The notes under the pieces were generated by a model. It did no database searches. It was not told the DNA's origin and was given only the letters and a program-made list of their open reading frames with translations. From contig JBFWVL010000001.1 of assembly GCA_050246755.1 (NCBI GenBank), positions 480,001 to 544,000 on the forward strand: a DNA stretch of 64,000 nt, given 5' to 3'. The translations under genes and the position numbers were made by a program. Shown piece by piece: positions 38,162 through 47,880 of this stretch. The first letter of the stretch is position 1, and every line of letters begins with the position of its first letter. The DNA is from Bacteriovoracia bacterium (lineage in GTDB: Bacteria; Bdellovibrionota; UBA1018; CAIPTA01).

Positions 38162-39154
38162 ATGAAACTCGCTTCCCTCAACCAAGGCCGCGACGGGGAA
38201 CTCCTCGTCGTAGACACCCACCTCCAAAAAGCCGTAAAAGCCACCGGCATTGCTCGCACGCTCCAAGAAGCGCTCGATCGGTGGGCCGAGACCAAACCGA
38301 AACTCGAAGCCCTCGCCAAGGATCTCGCCAACGGAAAAGCAAACGACACCTTTCCCTTCGACGCGAACAAAGTTCACTCCCCCCTGCCCCGCGCCTACCA
38401 ATGGGTAGACGGTTCCGCCTACCTCAACCACGTAGAGCTCGTGCGCAAAGCCCGCGGCGCCGAGATGCCCAAAGAATTCCTCACCGATCCCCTGATGTAC
38501 CAAGGTTGCTCGGATTCTTTCTTGGCTCCCACCGAATCCATCAAGATGGCCTCCGAGGAATGGGGCATCGATTTCGAATCCGAAGTGGCCGTGATCACCG
38601 ACGACGTGCCCATGGGCGTCACTCCAGCCCAAGCAGCCAAGCATATCCAGCTCATCTTACTCGTGAACGACGTGAGCCTGCGGGGCCTCATTCCCCAAGA
38701 ACTCGGCAAGGGCTTTGGCTTTTTAGTGAGCAAACCCGCCTCGGCTTTTTCGCCCCTCGCCATCACGCCCGATGAACTCGGCGCATCCTGGAAAAACGGC
38801 AAAGTGGACCTAGCCCTGCGCACCTACCTCAACGGCAAGCTCTTCGGCCAGCCCAATTGCGCCCACGACATGCAATTCGATTTTCCCACCCTCATCGCGC
38901 ATGCGGCCAAAACGCGGAACCTCTGCGCCGGCACCATCCTGGGGTCGGGTACTATTTCCAACCGCGACCCTAAAGTGGGCTTCTCCTGCCTCCAGGAAGT
39001 GCGGATGATTGAAACGATAGCACAGGGAAAACCCGTGACCCCCTTTATGAAGTTTGGGGACCGCGTGAAGATCGAGATGCTGGATGCGGCGGGTAAGTCG
39101 CTCTTTGGGGCGATCGATCAGGTAGTAGAGAAATATACGCAACCGGCTAAATAG
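38162..39154 (+). CDS. Fumarylacetoacetate hydrolase family protein
   Basis: MKLASL...RDG.L.VV, PLPRAYQW.DGSAY.NH, IDFESE, NDVSLR, GSGT.SN; start at ATG 38162. Confidence 0.93.
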   Translation: MKLASLNQGRDGELLVVDTHLQKAVKATGIARTLQEALDRWAETKPKLEALAKDLANGKANDTFPFDANKVHSPLPRAYQWVDGSAYLNHVELVRKARGAEMPKEFLTDPLMYQGCSDSFLAPTESIKMASEEWGIDFESEVAVITDDVPMGVTPAQAAKHIQLILLVNDVSLRGLIPQELGKGFGFLVSKPASAFSPLAITPDELGASWKNGKVDLALRTYLNGKLFGQPNCAHDMQFDFPTLIAHAAKTRNLCAGTILGSGTISNRDPKVGFSCLQEVRMIETIAQGKPVTPFMKFGDRVKIEMLDAAGKSLFGAIDQVVEKYTQPAK

Positions 39155-39196
39155 GCAGAGCTTTGAAATCCACTCCTCCTCAACTATATTAGGTAC

Positions 39197-39610
39197 ATGC
39201 TTCCACTAATCACCTTGATCACCGGCCGCCAAAAAAATGGTTTACCTACTTGGGTGAACAAAGACTGCACCAACCTCGCGTGCACGAACCTCAGCCGCTA
39301 TAACCTCAAGGGCATTAATCTTTCGCGCTCCGATATGTTCAAGGTCAATTTTAAGAAAGCTAATCTGGCGGAAGCCAATCTTTCTTATGCCTATCTCTGC
39401 AAAGCCGATCTCACGAATAGCAATCTGCAGAAGGCCAACCTCAAGGGCGCTAATCTGCGGGAAGCCGATCTCACGGGCGCTAAGGTGGACGGCGCGGTTT
39501 TCACCTTCGCCATCTTCAACGACGAAACGATCCTTCCCTTCTCGCGTGAAGAAGCGGACGCTAAGGGCATGATTTTCGAACCAGCCCCATCCCACAAAGT
39601 TTCTTACTAA
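39197..39610 (+). CDS. Pentapeptide repeat protein
   Basis: Tandem A(N/D)Lxx repeats (ANLAE ANLSY AYLCK ADLTN SNLQK ANLKG ANLRE ADLTG). Confidence 0.92.
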   Translation: MLPLITLITGRQKNGLPTWVNKDCTNLACTNLSRYNLKGINLSRSDMFKVNFKKANLAEANLSYAYLCKADLTNSNLQKANLKGANLREADLTGAKVDGAVFTFAIFNDETILPFSREEADAKGMIFEPAPSHKVSY

Positions 39611-39622
39611 TTTCTACTTAGC

Positions 39623-39916
39623 TTAATTGCAGCTGCGCTCGCAGAACGCCGGCACTTTCTTCAAGCATTTCTGAAGAACGCGGTGATTCGTGGGGTCATG
39701 AAGCGCATTGCAGGTGGCGGTTTCTTCTTTTACGCAGTCCACTTGGCAAACTTCCACGGCTTCCATGGCGTCCATTTTGATCGTGGTGGCCTCGTCGTTG
39801 GATATTTCGGTCTCGCCCCCGGGAAAGTTTTCGGCCTCGGAATAGGCAAAAGCCGAAACGGTGGCGGCCGAGCCGCAGAGGAGAACCAGGAGAAAAAGCC
39901 ACGCCTTGTTTTTCAT
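39623..39916 (-). CDS. Small secreted Cys-rich hypothetical protein
   Basis: Signal peptide; CxxxC..C..C..CxxxC pattern. Confidence 0.7.
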   Translation of the reverse strand: MKNKAWLFLLVLLCGSAATVSAFAYSEAENFPGGETEISNDEATTIKMDAMEAVEVCQVDCVKEETATCNALHDPTNHRVLQKCLKKVPAFCERSCN

Positions 39917-40146
39917 GGCTCCTTATCGCCTTTCCTGAGTACTTTCTTGAATTTGGGGAGTTTGGCCGTCTCCAAAAAGAGACAGGTGGTAAACTTCGAA
40001 ACTCCGCGTCAGAAGCGAAAAACAGGCGCTTCGGAAAATTTCTTTTGTGCGAAACCCGAACGTCCGTTTTGACCGAGCGTTTAAATTTCTCTTTGCAATC
40101 TCGGAAACTTATTTCATTGTAGGCTTAAACCCGAGTTATACGCGCC

Positions 40147-42954
40147 GTGAAACAGAATGCTTTAATCATCGTTGAGTCGCCTACGAAGGCCAAAACCATC
40201 AAGAAATTCTTGGGGCGCGACTATACGATTTTGGCCTGCAACGGCCATATCCGCGATCTCCCGAGCACGGCCGCGGAAATTCCGGCGGACGTGAAGAAGG
40301 AAAAATGGTCCCGCATCGGGATCAACGTGGCCGATAATTTTAAGCCCCTCTATATAATACCCGGCAAAAAGCACAAAACCTTGGGGGAGCTGCGCAAAGC
40401 CCTGAAGGAAGCCGATACCCTCTACCTCGCGACCGACGAAGACCGCGAAGGGGAAAGCATCAGCTGGCATTTGCTGGAAGTGCTGAAGCCAAAAATTCCC
40501 ACGAAACGCATGGTATTCCACGAGATCACGCAAAAGGCGATCATGGATGCCCTCGCCAACCCCCGCGATCTCGACGAGAAACTCGTGCGCGCGCAGGAAA
40601 CCCGCCGGATCTTGGATCGCTTGGTGGGCTATACCGTTTCGCCCCTGATCTGGAAAAAAATCGCCTTCGGCCTCAGCGCCGGACGCGTGCAGTCGGTAGC
40701 CTTGAAAGCCCTCGTGGATCTCGAGCGCGAACGCATGCGTTTCGTGAGCGCAAAATACTGGGGCGTGGCGGCAGATCTCGCCAAGGGCAATGATTCCTTC
40801 GAAGCCAAGCTCACCCACCTCGGACTCGCGAAAATTGCGGTGGGAAAAGATTTCGACGAAAAAACTGGTAAGCTCATCGAGAAAGACGGCGGAAACCCGG
40901 TGGTGATGCTGAACGCGGCGGCCGCGCAAACGCTGCTCGAGGAAGTACGCAAGAATTCCTGGAAGATTGCGGATCTCGAAGAGAAGCCGGTCTCGCGCAA
41001 ACCCGCTCCTCCTTTTATTACGTCCACGCTCCAGCAGGAAGCCAACCGTAAGCTCGGCCTTTCGGCGCGGGAAACGATGCGCATCGCCCAAGGGCTCTAC
41101 GAACGCGGTTTCATCACCTATATGCGTACCGATTCCGTAAACCTTTCTGAATCCGCGATCCAGAGTTCGCGCGCCCTGGTGAAAAAGCTCTACGGCCCCG
41201 ACTACCTCAGCGACGGGCCGCGCCGTTATACTTCCAAAGCCAAAGGTGCCCAGGAAGCCCACGAAGCGATTCGTCCCTCTCTCGATTTCACCCCGCCCCA
41301 AGACATGGGCCTGCGTGGAAAAGAGCACGACGTATACCAGATGATCTGGATGCGCACGATCGCCACCCAGATGTCGGATTCGAAGCAGCTCCAGGTTTCG
41401 GCTTCGATCGAAGTGCCCACCTCTAAGGGCCAAGCCCGCTTCCATTCTTCGGGCATGAAAATTTTATTCCCCGGCTTCCTCCGCGCCTACGTGGAAGGCT
41501 ACGACGATCCCGACCATGCCCTCCTCGAGCGCGAGCGCTTCCTCCCCGATCTCAAAGTGGGCGATACCGTGAAGCACGTGAAGAGCGAAGTAACGGAGCA
41601 CGAAACCAAGCCGCCGGCCCGCTACTCCGAAGCCTCGCTGATTCAGTTCCTCGAAAAAGAAGGCATTGGCCGCCCCTCTACGTACGCTTCGATCGTGAGC
41701 ACGATCCTCGACCGCAACTACGCCGTTCGGAACGGGAACATGCTCGTGCCCACTTTCACCGGGTTCGTGGTTACCGAATTGATGCGTAAGCATTTCGCCG
41801 AGCTCGTGGACACGAAATTCACCTCCAACATGGAAGAGAAGCTCGACGATATCGCCGAGGGCAAGCTCGCCTACCTTCCCTACCTCAAAGAATTCTACCT
41901 TGGAAAAAAAGGCCTGGAGCAGCGCGTGGCCGATGAAGACAAGGTCATCATCCCCGAGGAGGCCCGCTCCCTGCATTTCGACCACGTGAAAAATCTCAAC
42001 GTGTTCGTGGGAAAATACGGCGCCTACTTCGAATATACGGATCCCAAGACCGGGGAAAAGGTGAAAGCCTCGCTTCCGGAATCCATGGCGCCGAGCGACC
42101 TCAACGAAGAATCAATTCACAGCTTAATCGAGCAAGTGAAAAAAGGCGCCGAGAGCCTAGGCACCGAGCCCGAAACCAAATTGCCGATGTACCTCAAAAC
42201 CGGCACCTACGGTCCCTATATCCAGCTCGGCGAAACGCCCACGGATCCAAAACAAAAATTAAAGCGCGTGAGCGTGCCCAAGGGCATCGATCCTAATTCG
42301 GTAGACGAAGCCCTCGCGATCCGCATCCTCGGTCTGCCCCGCCTCGTGGGAATGCATCCCGCCACCGGCAAAGAGATCCGCGCCTCCGTGGGCCGCTTCG
42401 GCCCCTACGTGGTGCATGAAAAAGATTTCCGCTCCCTGAAAAAAGAAGATTCCGTGCTCGACGTAAACCTCGAGCGCGCCCTCGAATTATTCGCGCAGCC
42501 CAAAGGCAAAGGCCGCCGCTCGGCCGTGGTGCGCGCGATGGGCGAGCATCCCGTTACCAAAAGCCCGGTGGAAATCCTCGACGGCCCCTACGGCCTCTAC
42601 GTGAAGCACGAGAAAACCAACGCCACGATTCCCAAAGACCGCAAGCCCGAAGAGCTCACGATGGAAGAAGCCGTGAAGCTGCTCGCCGAGCGTGAAGAGC
42701 AGAGCCCGAGCAAAAAGAGCAAAGGCAGAGCGGCCAAAGGCTTGACGCCCAAACCCGTGCACGTAAAAGAGAAGAAGGCTAAGAGCAAGGCGGCAAAAGG
42801 GCAGAAAGGCAAGAAGGCGGCGAAGACCGAGACTGCCGAATCTTCCGAGACCGCCATCGGTTCTCGCACGGCCGCTAAGCTGGCCCGTGAGATCGAGAAG
42901 CTCCGCAAAGAAAACGAGAAACTGCGCGAAGCCCAAGGGAAGCAAAGCACTTGA
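40147..42954 (+). CDS. topA: DNA topoisomerase I (type IA) with Topo_C repeats and basic tail
   Basis: IVESPTKAKTI, ATDEDREGE, SAGRVQS, ITYMRTD (catalytic Tyr), QEAHEAIRP, GIGRPSTY; four GxYG/FGxY repeats. Confidence 0.99.
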   Translation: MKQNALIIVESPTKAKTIKKFLGRDYTILACNGHIRDLPSTAAEIPADVKKEKWSRIGINVADNFKPLYIIPGKKHKTLGELRKALKEADTLYLATDEDREGESISWHLLEVLKPKIPTKRMVFHEITQKAIMDALANPRDLDEKLVRAQETRRILDRLVGYTVSPLIWKKIAFGLSAGRVQSVALKALVDLERERMRFVSAKYWGVAADLAKGNDSFEAKLTHLGLAKIAVGKDFDEKTGKLIEKDGGNPVVMLNAAAAQTLLEEVRKNSWKIADLEEKPVSRKPAPPFITSTLQQEANRKLGLSARETMRIAQGLYERGFITYMRTDSVNLSESAIQSSRALVKKLYGPDYLSDGPRRYTSKAKGAQEAHEAIRPSLDFTPPQDMGLRGKEHDVYQMIWMRTIATQMSDSKQLQVSASIEVPTSKGQARFHSSGMKILFPGFLRAYVEGYDDPDHALLERERFLPDLKVGDTVKHVKSEVTEHETKPPARYSEASLIQFLEKEGIGRPSTYASIVSTILDRNYAVRNGNMLVPTFTGFVVTELMRKHFAELVDTKFTSNMEEKLDDIAEGKLAYLPYLKEFYLGKKGLEQRVADEDKVIIPEEARSLHFDHVKNLNVFVGKYGAYFEYTDPKTGEKVKASLPESMAPSDLNEESIHSLIEQVKKGAESLGTEPETKLPMYLKTGTYGPYIQLGETPTDPKQKLKRVSVPKGIDPNSVDEALAIRILGLPRLVGMHPATGKEIRASVGRFGPYVVHEKDFRSLKKEDSVLDVNLERALELFAQPKGKGRRSAVVRAMGEHPVTKSPVEILDGPYGLYVKHEKTNATIPKDRKPEELTMEEAVKLLAEREEQSPSKKSKGRAAKGLTPKPVHVKEKKAKSKAAKGQKGKKAAKTETAESSETAIGSRTAAKLAREIEKLRKENEKLREAQGKQST

Positions 42955-43421
42955 AAGCCGCGGTAGTGGCCGCCGTTCTCGCCGCCCTCCAAAAAGAACT
43001 AGCCCAGCTCAAAGTGGCCGCCGCTTCCGCGCAGGACGCCGCCACGAACGAAGAGAATAAGCCCGAAAACCAGTACGATACCCGCGCCCTCGAGGCCAGC
43101 TACCTCGCCGATGCCCAGAGCCAACGGGTGCAAGGGCTCGAAAGAGCCGTAAAAGCCCTGCGCGATGCGCCCCCTTTGGGTAAATTCACCTCCGTAACCA
43201 CCGGCTCCCTCGTGGAAGTGAGCGCCGAGGGCCAGTCCCGCTGGTTTTTCCTGCTCCCCGCCGCGGCCGGCATGGTAGTGGAAGTGGCGGGCAAAAAGAT
43301 ATCGGTGCTCGGCCACGAATCCCCGGTGGGCCTCGCTTTGCTCGATAAATCCGCGGGCGATGCCGTGGAAGTGCGCGGCCCGGGCGGCCTGAAGGAATAC
43401 GAGATTGTTAGCCTCGAGTGA
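42951..43421 (+). CDS. GreA/GreB-family factor (ENxYDTRxLEASYLA type)
   Basis: N-terminal coiled coil; C-terminal SPVG.ALL....GD.VEV. Confidence 0.85.
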   Translation: MKAAVVAAVLAALQKELAQLKVAAASAQDAATNEENKPENQYDTRALEASYLADAQSQRVQGLERAVKALRDAPPLGKFTSVTTGSLVEVSAEGQSRWFFLLPAAAGMVVEVAGKKISVLGHESPVGLALLDKSAGDAVEVRGPGGLKEYEIVSLE

Positions 43422-44286
43422 CAAATTTCAGCGCATCTACCTCGAGATCGGGAACGTCTGTAATTTGCAATGTAGCTTCTGCCCGGAAGTGGACCGCACC
43501 AAAACCCGCCTCGATAAAGAAAGTTTTTCGAATCTGCTCGCACAGGTGAAGCCCCACGCCGAGTTCGTATGCTTCCACGTGATGGGCGAACCCCTGGCCC
43601 ACCCCGAGTTTTCTCTTTTTGTTTCTATTGCCGCCGCGCTCGGCGTGCCGGTGGAGATCACCACGAACGGAACTTTGCTCAGCGAGACGAACGTGGGAGC
43701 TTTGCTGAATCCGATCATTCGTCAGGTGAATTTTTCCCTGCAGAGTTATTTCGATAATTTTCCCAAGGCGAACCCGGAAGCCTACCTGGCGAAGATCTTT
43801 TCTTTTTGCCAGCGCGCTTTGGTGGAGAGACCCGAGCTTTATTTGAATTTCCGGCTCTGGAATTTAGCGCCCGGCGAAGTGCGCGACGAGCTGAACGAAT
43901 TGCTATTGCTGCGCATCGAGAAAGAGTTTTCCGTGCAGATCAACCGTAACGTGGACGCCCGCCTGATCAAGAGCAAAAAACTCTTGGGCCGGCTTTACAT
44001 GCACTACGATACCCGCTTTCGCTGGCCGGATCCCGCCGATCCAGTTTTACGTGAGCAAGGAACCTGCTGGGGCACCCGCGCGCATATCGCCGTGCACGCC
44101 GATGGCACCGTGGTGCCCTGCTGCCTGGACAAAGAAGCGCGGATCCCTCTAGGGAATTTGAAAAATCAAACTTTGGACGAAGTTTTGGCGAGTCCCCGCT
44201 ATTTGGCGATGCGAAAAGGCTTCGAGAACGGGAAATTAGTAGAAGATCTCTGTCGCCGCTGCGACTACGCTTCGCGGTTTGCTTGA
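43405..44286 (+). CDS. Radical SAM protein with SPASM/Twitch domain
   Basis: CNLQCSFC, GEPL, ITTNG, C....ADG.VVPCC, CRRC. Confidence 0.92.
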   Translation: MLASSDKFQRIYLEIGNVCNLQCSFCPEVDRTKTRLDKESFSNLLAQVKPHAEFVCFHVMGEPLAHPEFSLFVSIAAALGVPVEITTNGTLLSETNVGALLNPIIRQVNFSLQSYFDNFPKANPEAYLAKIFSFCQRALVERPELYLNFRLWNLAPGEVRDELNELLLLRIEKEFSVQINRNVDARLIKSKKLLGRLYMHYDTRFRWPDPADPVLREQGTCWGTRAHIAVHADGTVVPCCLDKEARIPLGNLKNQTLDEVLASPRYLAMRKGFENGKLVEDLCRRCDYASRFA

Positions 44287-44288
44287 GA

Positions 44289-45593
44289 TTATTTTACCAA
44301 GTCTTTTAATTTCACTATCTCTTGCAATCCGTCCCCGCTCTCCACGCTGGCGGTCCCATCAGCAAAGATAGTTAGAATTTTTACCTCTGCGCCATCCTTG
44401 GTATTGGCCAAGGAGCCGCTTCGGAAACCGTCCAGCCGCAGCACTTCCGGAAAAGTATCTTCGGCCTTGCGAATGATCGTGTTGACCGGGCCTTGTCGGG
44501 AAAAGCGAAAAAGTTTGCTGGCCCCTTTGCCCCATACTGGTCCATCTACATACCCCAGCCTCACGCTGCCGTCGGCAAATAGTTCTTTCACTTCCGTGAT
44601 CAACTCACCCACCCTCACGAGACTTCCTTCTTTCAGAACCACGCTCTGCTTTCCCAAATTCTCAAAGGTTCCGGGCTTCAGTGTAATTCGGCTTACGGCA
44701 GGCACGAGGTCATCGGCAGATCTGTCGATGTATTTCTGCTTCTTAAACCCTCGGATCCGAGTCGGGCTCGTTTGCACCGATCCATCGCTGTATACTCCAC
44801 TCACCGATTCCACCGACTTTCCATCTTCGGCCAATACCCTGGCGCCCTTTTCGTAGACCGCCGTTTTCTTCTGGGCGTGGGGCAGATGCTCGACATTCGC
44901 CTTAATTTCATCCACTCCCCTCGATACTTCTTCCGCGTGCGAAGTAAGAAAAATTCCGCGGGAAGATTCGCGCGGCCGCCGGAACAATCGTAAGGTACCG
45001 TCGGCAAACGCCTCATCTACCCAGTAGATTTTTCCGTCGGAAGCCTTAACGCCCAGGCCCTTCTTGATGGTTATTCCGCCCTTTGTCTCGAGCGCCTCTA
45101 CCGTCGGCACCAGTTCCTTCGCGTTTACTACCTTTATGCCAAGGTCACGATTTTGGGTCTTTGGCCTAGGCAGCTCCGTATTGATTCGAACGCGCCCGTC
45201 GGCAAAAATATTTTTTATTTCCACGATTTTGCCGTTTTTATCCACGGCATAGTCGCCCGACCTCAACGCCAGTTCTTCTTTACCCGCGTACTTGAACTTT
45301 CCGCCCACCGCTCGCTCCCCTACCTCCTCGGAAAGAGTTTCGGGGCCTACCCTAACCCGAGTCTTGATCCAGCGATTTCCCTCGCGCTTGTATAACCTTA
45401 CGGTCACCTTGTCGGACTTCGGGCCGATTAGCCGGGTACCGACTCGGCCATCCGGCAACATTACCTCTTGAGAATACGAGACGTCCTCTACGCCGGTTAG
45501 CGCTATGTTCCGGAACGATTCCGTGCAGTTGATCGCGTAAACTTGTTGCGTGGAAAAAAGAAAAAAGGACAGTAATAGCAACGAGCGGAACAT
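44289..45593 (-). CDS. Secreted protein with about 5 internal beta-rich repeats
   Basis: Signal peptide; repeats ending IFADGRV, AFADGTL, VYSDGSV, LFADGSV, IFADGTA. Confidence 0.8.
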   Translation of the reverse strand: MFRSLLLLSFFLFSTQQVYAINCTESFRNIALTGVEDVSYSQEVMLPDGRVGTRLIGPKSDKVTVRLYKREGNRWIKTRVRVGPETLSEEVGERAVGGKFKYAGKEELALRSGDYAVDKNGKIVEIKNIFADGRVRINTELPRPKTQNRDLGIKVVNAKELVPTVEALETKGGITIKKGLGVKASDGKIYWVDEAFADGTLRLFRRPRESSRGIFLTSHAEEVSRGVDEIKANVEHLPHAQKKTAVYEKGARVLAEDGKSVESVSGVYSDGSVQTSPTRIRGFKKQKYIDRSADDLVPAVSRITLKPGTFENLGKQSVVLKEGSLVRVGELITEVKELFADGSVRLGYVDGPVWGKGASKLFRFSRQGPVNTIIRKAEDTFPEVLRLDGFRSGSLANTKDGAEVKILTIFADGTASVESGDGLQEIVKLKDLVK

Positions 45594-45792
45594 AGAAGTC
45601 TCCTGGATAATCTTCGCCTAAGTAATCCAATTCAGTTTAATGGCTATCCACGAAAACTCATATTGCTTATATTTACCCAGCAGACCGTGTAATAAACGGT
45701 TTCCGTAGTCTCCCTAAAAATGAAGCTCACCAAAAATCCCAACGCGGCGCGAACTACGCTAAATTGTTTAGTTAAATGCCCATTCAAATAAT

Positions 45793-45833
45793 TCAAACGT
45801 TCATTTGATTTTTTCAAATAAACGTTTTAAACT
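45793..45833 (+). promoter_or_regulatory. TetR operator pair overlapping a leaderless sigma70 promoter
   Basis: TCAAACGTTCATTTGA (45793-45808) and TCAAATAAACGTTTTA (45814-45829, 14/16 to the reverse complement of site 1); TTGATT-N17-TAAACT-N5-ATG. Confidence 0.72.
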
Positions 45834-45838
45834 GAATT

Positions 45839-46459
45839 ATGTCCCAGAAGCCCCAAGACCTCGACACCTCGGCCCGCCTCATGGCGGCGGCCACCGATGT
45901 TTTTTCGGAAAAGGGCTTCGGCGGAGCCACCGTGAAGGAAATCGCCGATCGGGCCGGCGTGAACATCAGCCTCATCAGCTACCACTTCAACGGCAAGGAA
46001 GGATTGTTCCGCGCCTGCCTGGAAAAATTCGGCCGCGAGCGCCTGCTGCACGCCGAGCGCATCCTCACTGCTCCCGAAAACGTGGAGGATCTTAAGGCCA
46101 AGCTCAAGCTCTGGATGATGGAATTCCTGCAATGCCACGTGGAAGAAAAAAGCGTCTGCGGGATCCTCCACCGCGAAAACGTGATCGAGCATAAGTTCAT
46201 GTGGGAGGTGTTCCAAAATACCTTTCTCAAGGCTTTCGAGGCCAATGCGAAATTTTTCGAAGCGGGCAAGAAAAAGGGAATCGTAAAAAAAGAAATCGAT
46301 CCCATGCTCATGGGCGCCATCGTGTTCGGCACCCTGATTCACCTCGGGCGCAGCCAGGAAATCCAGAAAGTGTGGATGGGCGTTTCGATCGAAAGTGAGA
46401 AATACCGCGCCCAGGTGACAGAACAATTTGTGATGATTTTATTGAACGGGATTACTTGA
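45839..46459 (+). CDS. TetR/AcrR-family regulator
   Basis: AA..VFSEKGF.GATVKEIA.RAGVN.SLISYHF.GKEGL. Confidence 0.96.
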   Translation: MSQKPQDLDTSARLMAAATDVFSEKGFGGATVKEIADRAGVNISLISYHFNGKEGLFRACLEKFGRERLLHAERILTAPENVEDLKAKLKLWMMEFLQCHVEEKSVCGILHRENVIEHKFMWEVFQNTFLKAFEANAKFFEAGKKKGIVKKEIDPMLMGAIVFGTLIHLGRSQEIQKVWMGVSIESEKYRAQVTEQFVMILLNGIT

Positions 46460-46467
46460 GGTTTGAG

Positions 46468-47880
46468 ATGAAGAAGTTATTGATCGTTTCTTTTCTGCTG
46501 GGGCTAACGAGCGCGATTTCCACCTTTGCCGCCGAAATATCCGTGAATGATTATTTGGGGCAAGTGCAGAGCCAAAGCCCTAATTATAAGGCGTCCGAGC
46601 TAAGTGCCGAAGGGCAATCGCTGCAGAAATCGACGGCGACACTCATCACTGCGCCCTACCTATTTGCCGGCTACCAGAATCTCGATGACCGCCAAGAAAT
46701 GATGACCCCCGCTTTCTCGGGAGACCGCACCCAAGGCAATACATACTCCGTGGGCCTCGGCATGAACACCATCGTGGGCCTCAACGCGAAGTATTCGTTC
46801 AACGTGGCACACGCCGAGATCAAGAACGCCACGCTCCTTCCCCTCCCCAACTACTATACTTCCTATAATAAGCTCGAGCTCACCCAGAGCTTGCTGCGCA
46901 ACGGCTTCGGATCCGAGGTGCGGGCGCGGAGAGACGCGCAGCGCTGGCTCCACGAAGCCCGCAGCCTCGGCGATGAATTCCAGCTCCAGATGAAACTCGT
47001 GGAAGCCGAGAATACTTTCTATCGCCTTGCCTTCGCCCGCCGCGCCATTCAGGTGCAGCAGGCCGTGCTGGCCCGCGCCGAGCGCATCTTGAGCTGGGCA
47101 AAACGGCGGGTGAACAATCAGCTCGGTGATCGCGCCGATTTGCTGCAAGCCCAGTCGAGCTATGATATCCGCCGCTTAGAGCTCCAGAGCGCGCTTGAAG
47201 AGCAACGGGTGGCCGCGCGGGCGTTTAACCTCCTCCGCAATGCCCCGGGCGACACGGTGAATGAAGGCCTCCAATTGCCGACCATCGAGCAAACGATTCA
47301 TCTCGTGGGCAGTGAGCGCAAAGCGGCGCGCCTCGATCTCGCCGCCGCCGAGGCCCAGACCCAAGCCACGATCGCGAGCGCCCAGCTGGAAAAAGAAGCG
47401 GTAAAGCCCACCCTCGACGTATTTGCGAATATCGCCTGGAACGGCCGCGACGCAAAGCGCTCCGAAGCCATCCGCGAAGCGCAGAAATCGAGCCACAGCA
47501 CCACGGCGTTTGGCGTGAACTTGAATCTCCCGCTCGCGTTCGGCGCGATCGATAATTCCTGGAAGGGCTTGAACATGAGCCAAGAAGCGGCGCGCCTCGA
47601 TCTCGAACATAAGCGCCTAGCCGAAGACCGGGACTGGCGCGATCTCAGCGCTCGCCTCGTAGATGCCCGCACCCGCCTTGAGCTCCTCCAGAAAATCGAG
47701 GACGTGCAACGCGATAAATTCGAGAATGAGCGCCAGCGTCTCTTGCGCGGCCGCACCACCACCTATCAGGCGCTGATGTTTGAGCAGGACTACGCGCAAT
47801 CGCAGCTGCTCAGCCTGAGAACCCAGGCCGAAGTGCTCCAAGTGATTTCCCAATTAAAGCTTTTCCGAGGTGAACAGTGA
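46468..47880 (+). CDS. TolC-family outer membrane efflux protein
   Basis: Signal peptide; two OEP-like helical/beta repeats (LTQSLLRNGFG; FGVNLNLPL); GAGG SD before ATG 46468. Confidence 0.88.
   Translation: MKKLLIVSFLLGLTSAISTFAAEISVNDYLGQVQSQSPNYKASELSAEGQSLQKSTATLITAPYLFAGYQNLDDRQEMMTPAFSGDRTQGNTYSVGLGMNTIVGLNAKYSFNVAHAEIKNATLLPLPNYYTSYNKLELTQSLLRNGFGSEVRARRDAQRWLHEARSLGDEFQLQMKLVEAENTFYRLAFARRAIQVQQAVLARAERILSWAKRRVNNQLGDRADLLQAQSSYDIRRLELQSALEEQRVAARAFNLLRNAPGDTVNEGLQLPTIEQTIHLVGSERKAARLDLAAAEAQTQATIASAQLEKEAVKPTLDVFANIAWNGRDAKRSEAIREAQKSSHSTTAFGVNLNLPLAFGAIDNSWKGLNMSQEAARLDLEHKRLAEDRDWRDLSARLVDARTRLELLQKIEDVQRDKFENERQRLLRGRTTTYQALMFEQDYAQSQLLSLRTQAEVLQVISQLKLFRGEQ

Noticed and set aside
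39197-40147. Pentapeptide repeat gene near topA as a Qnr/MfpA-like topoisomerase protector
   Set aside because: Qnr and MfpA act on type II enzymes and are longer. This gene is short and separated from topA by an opposite-strand gene.
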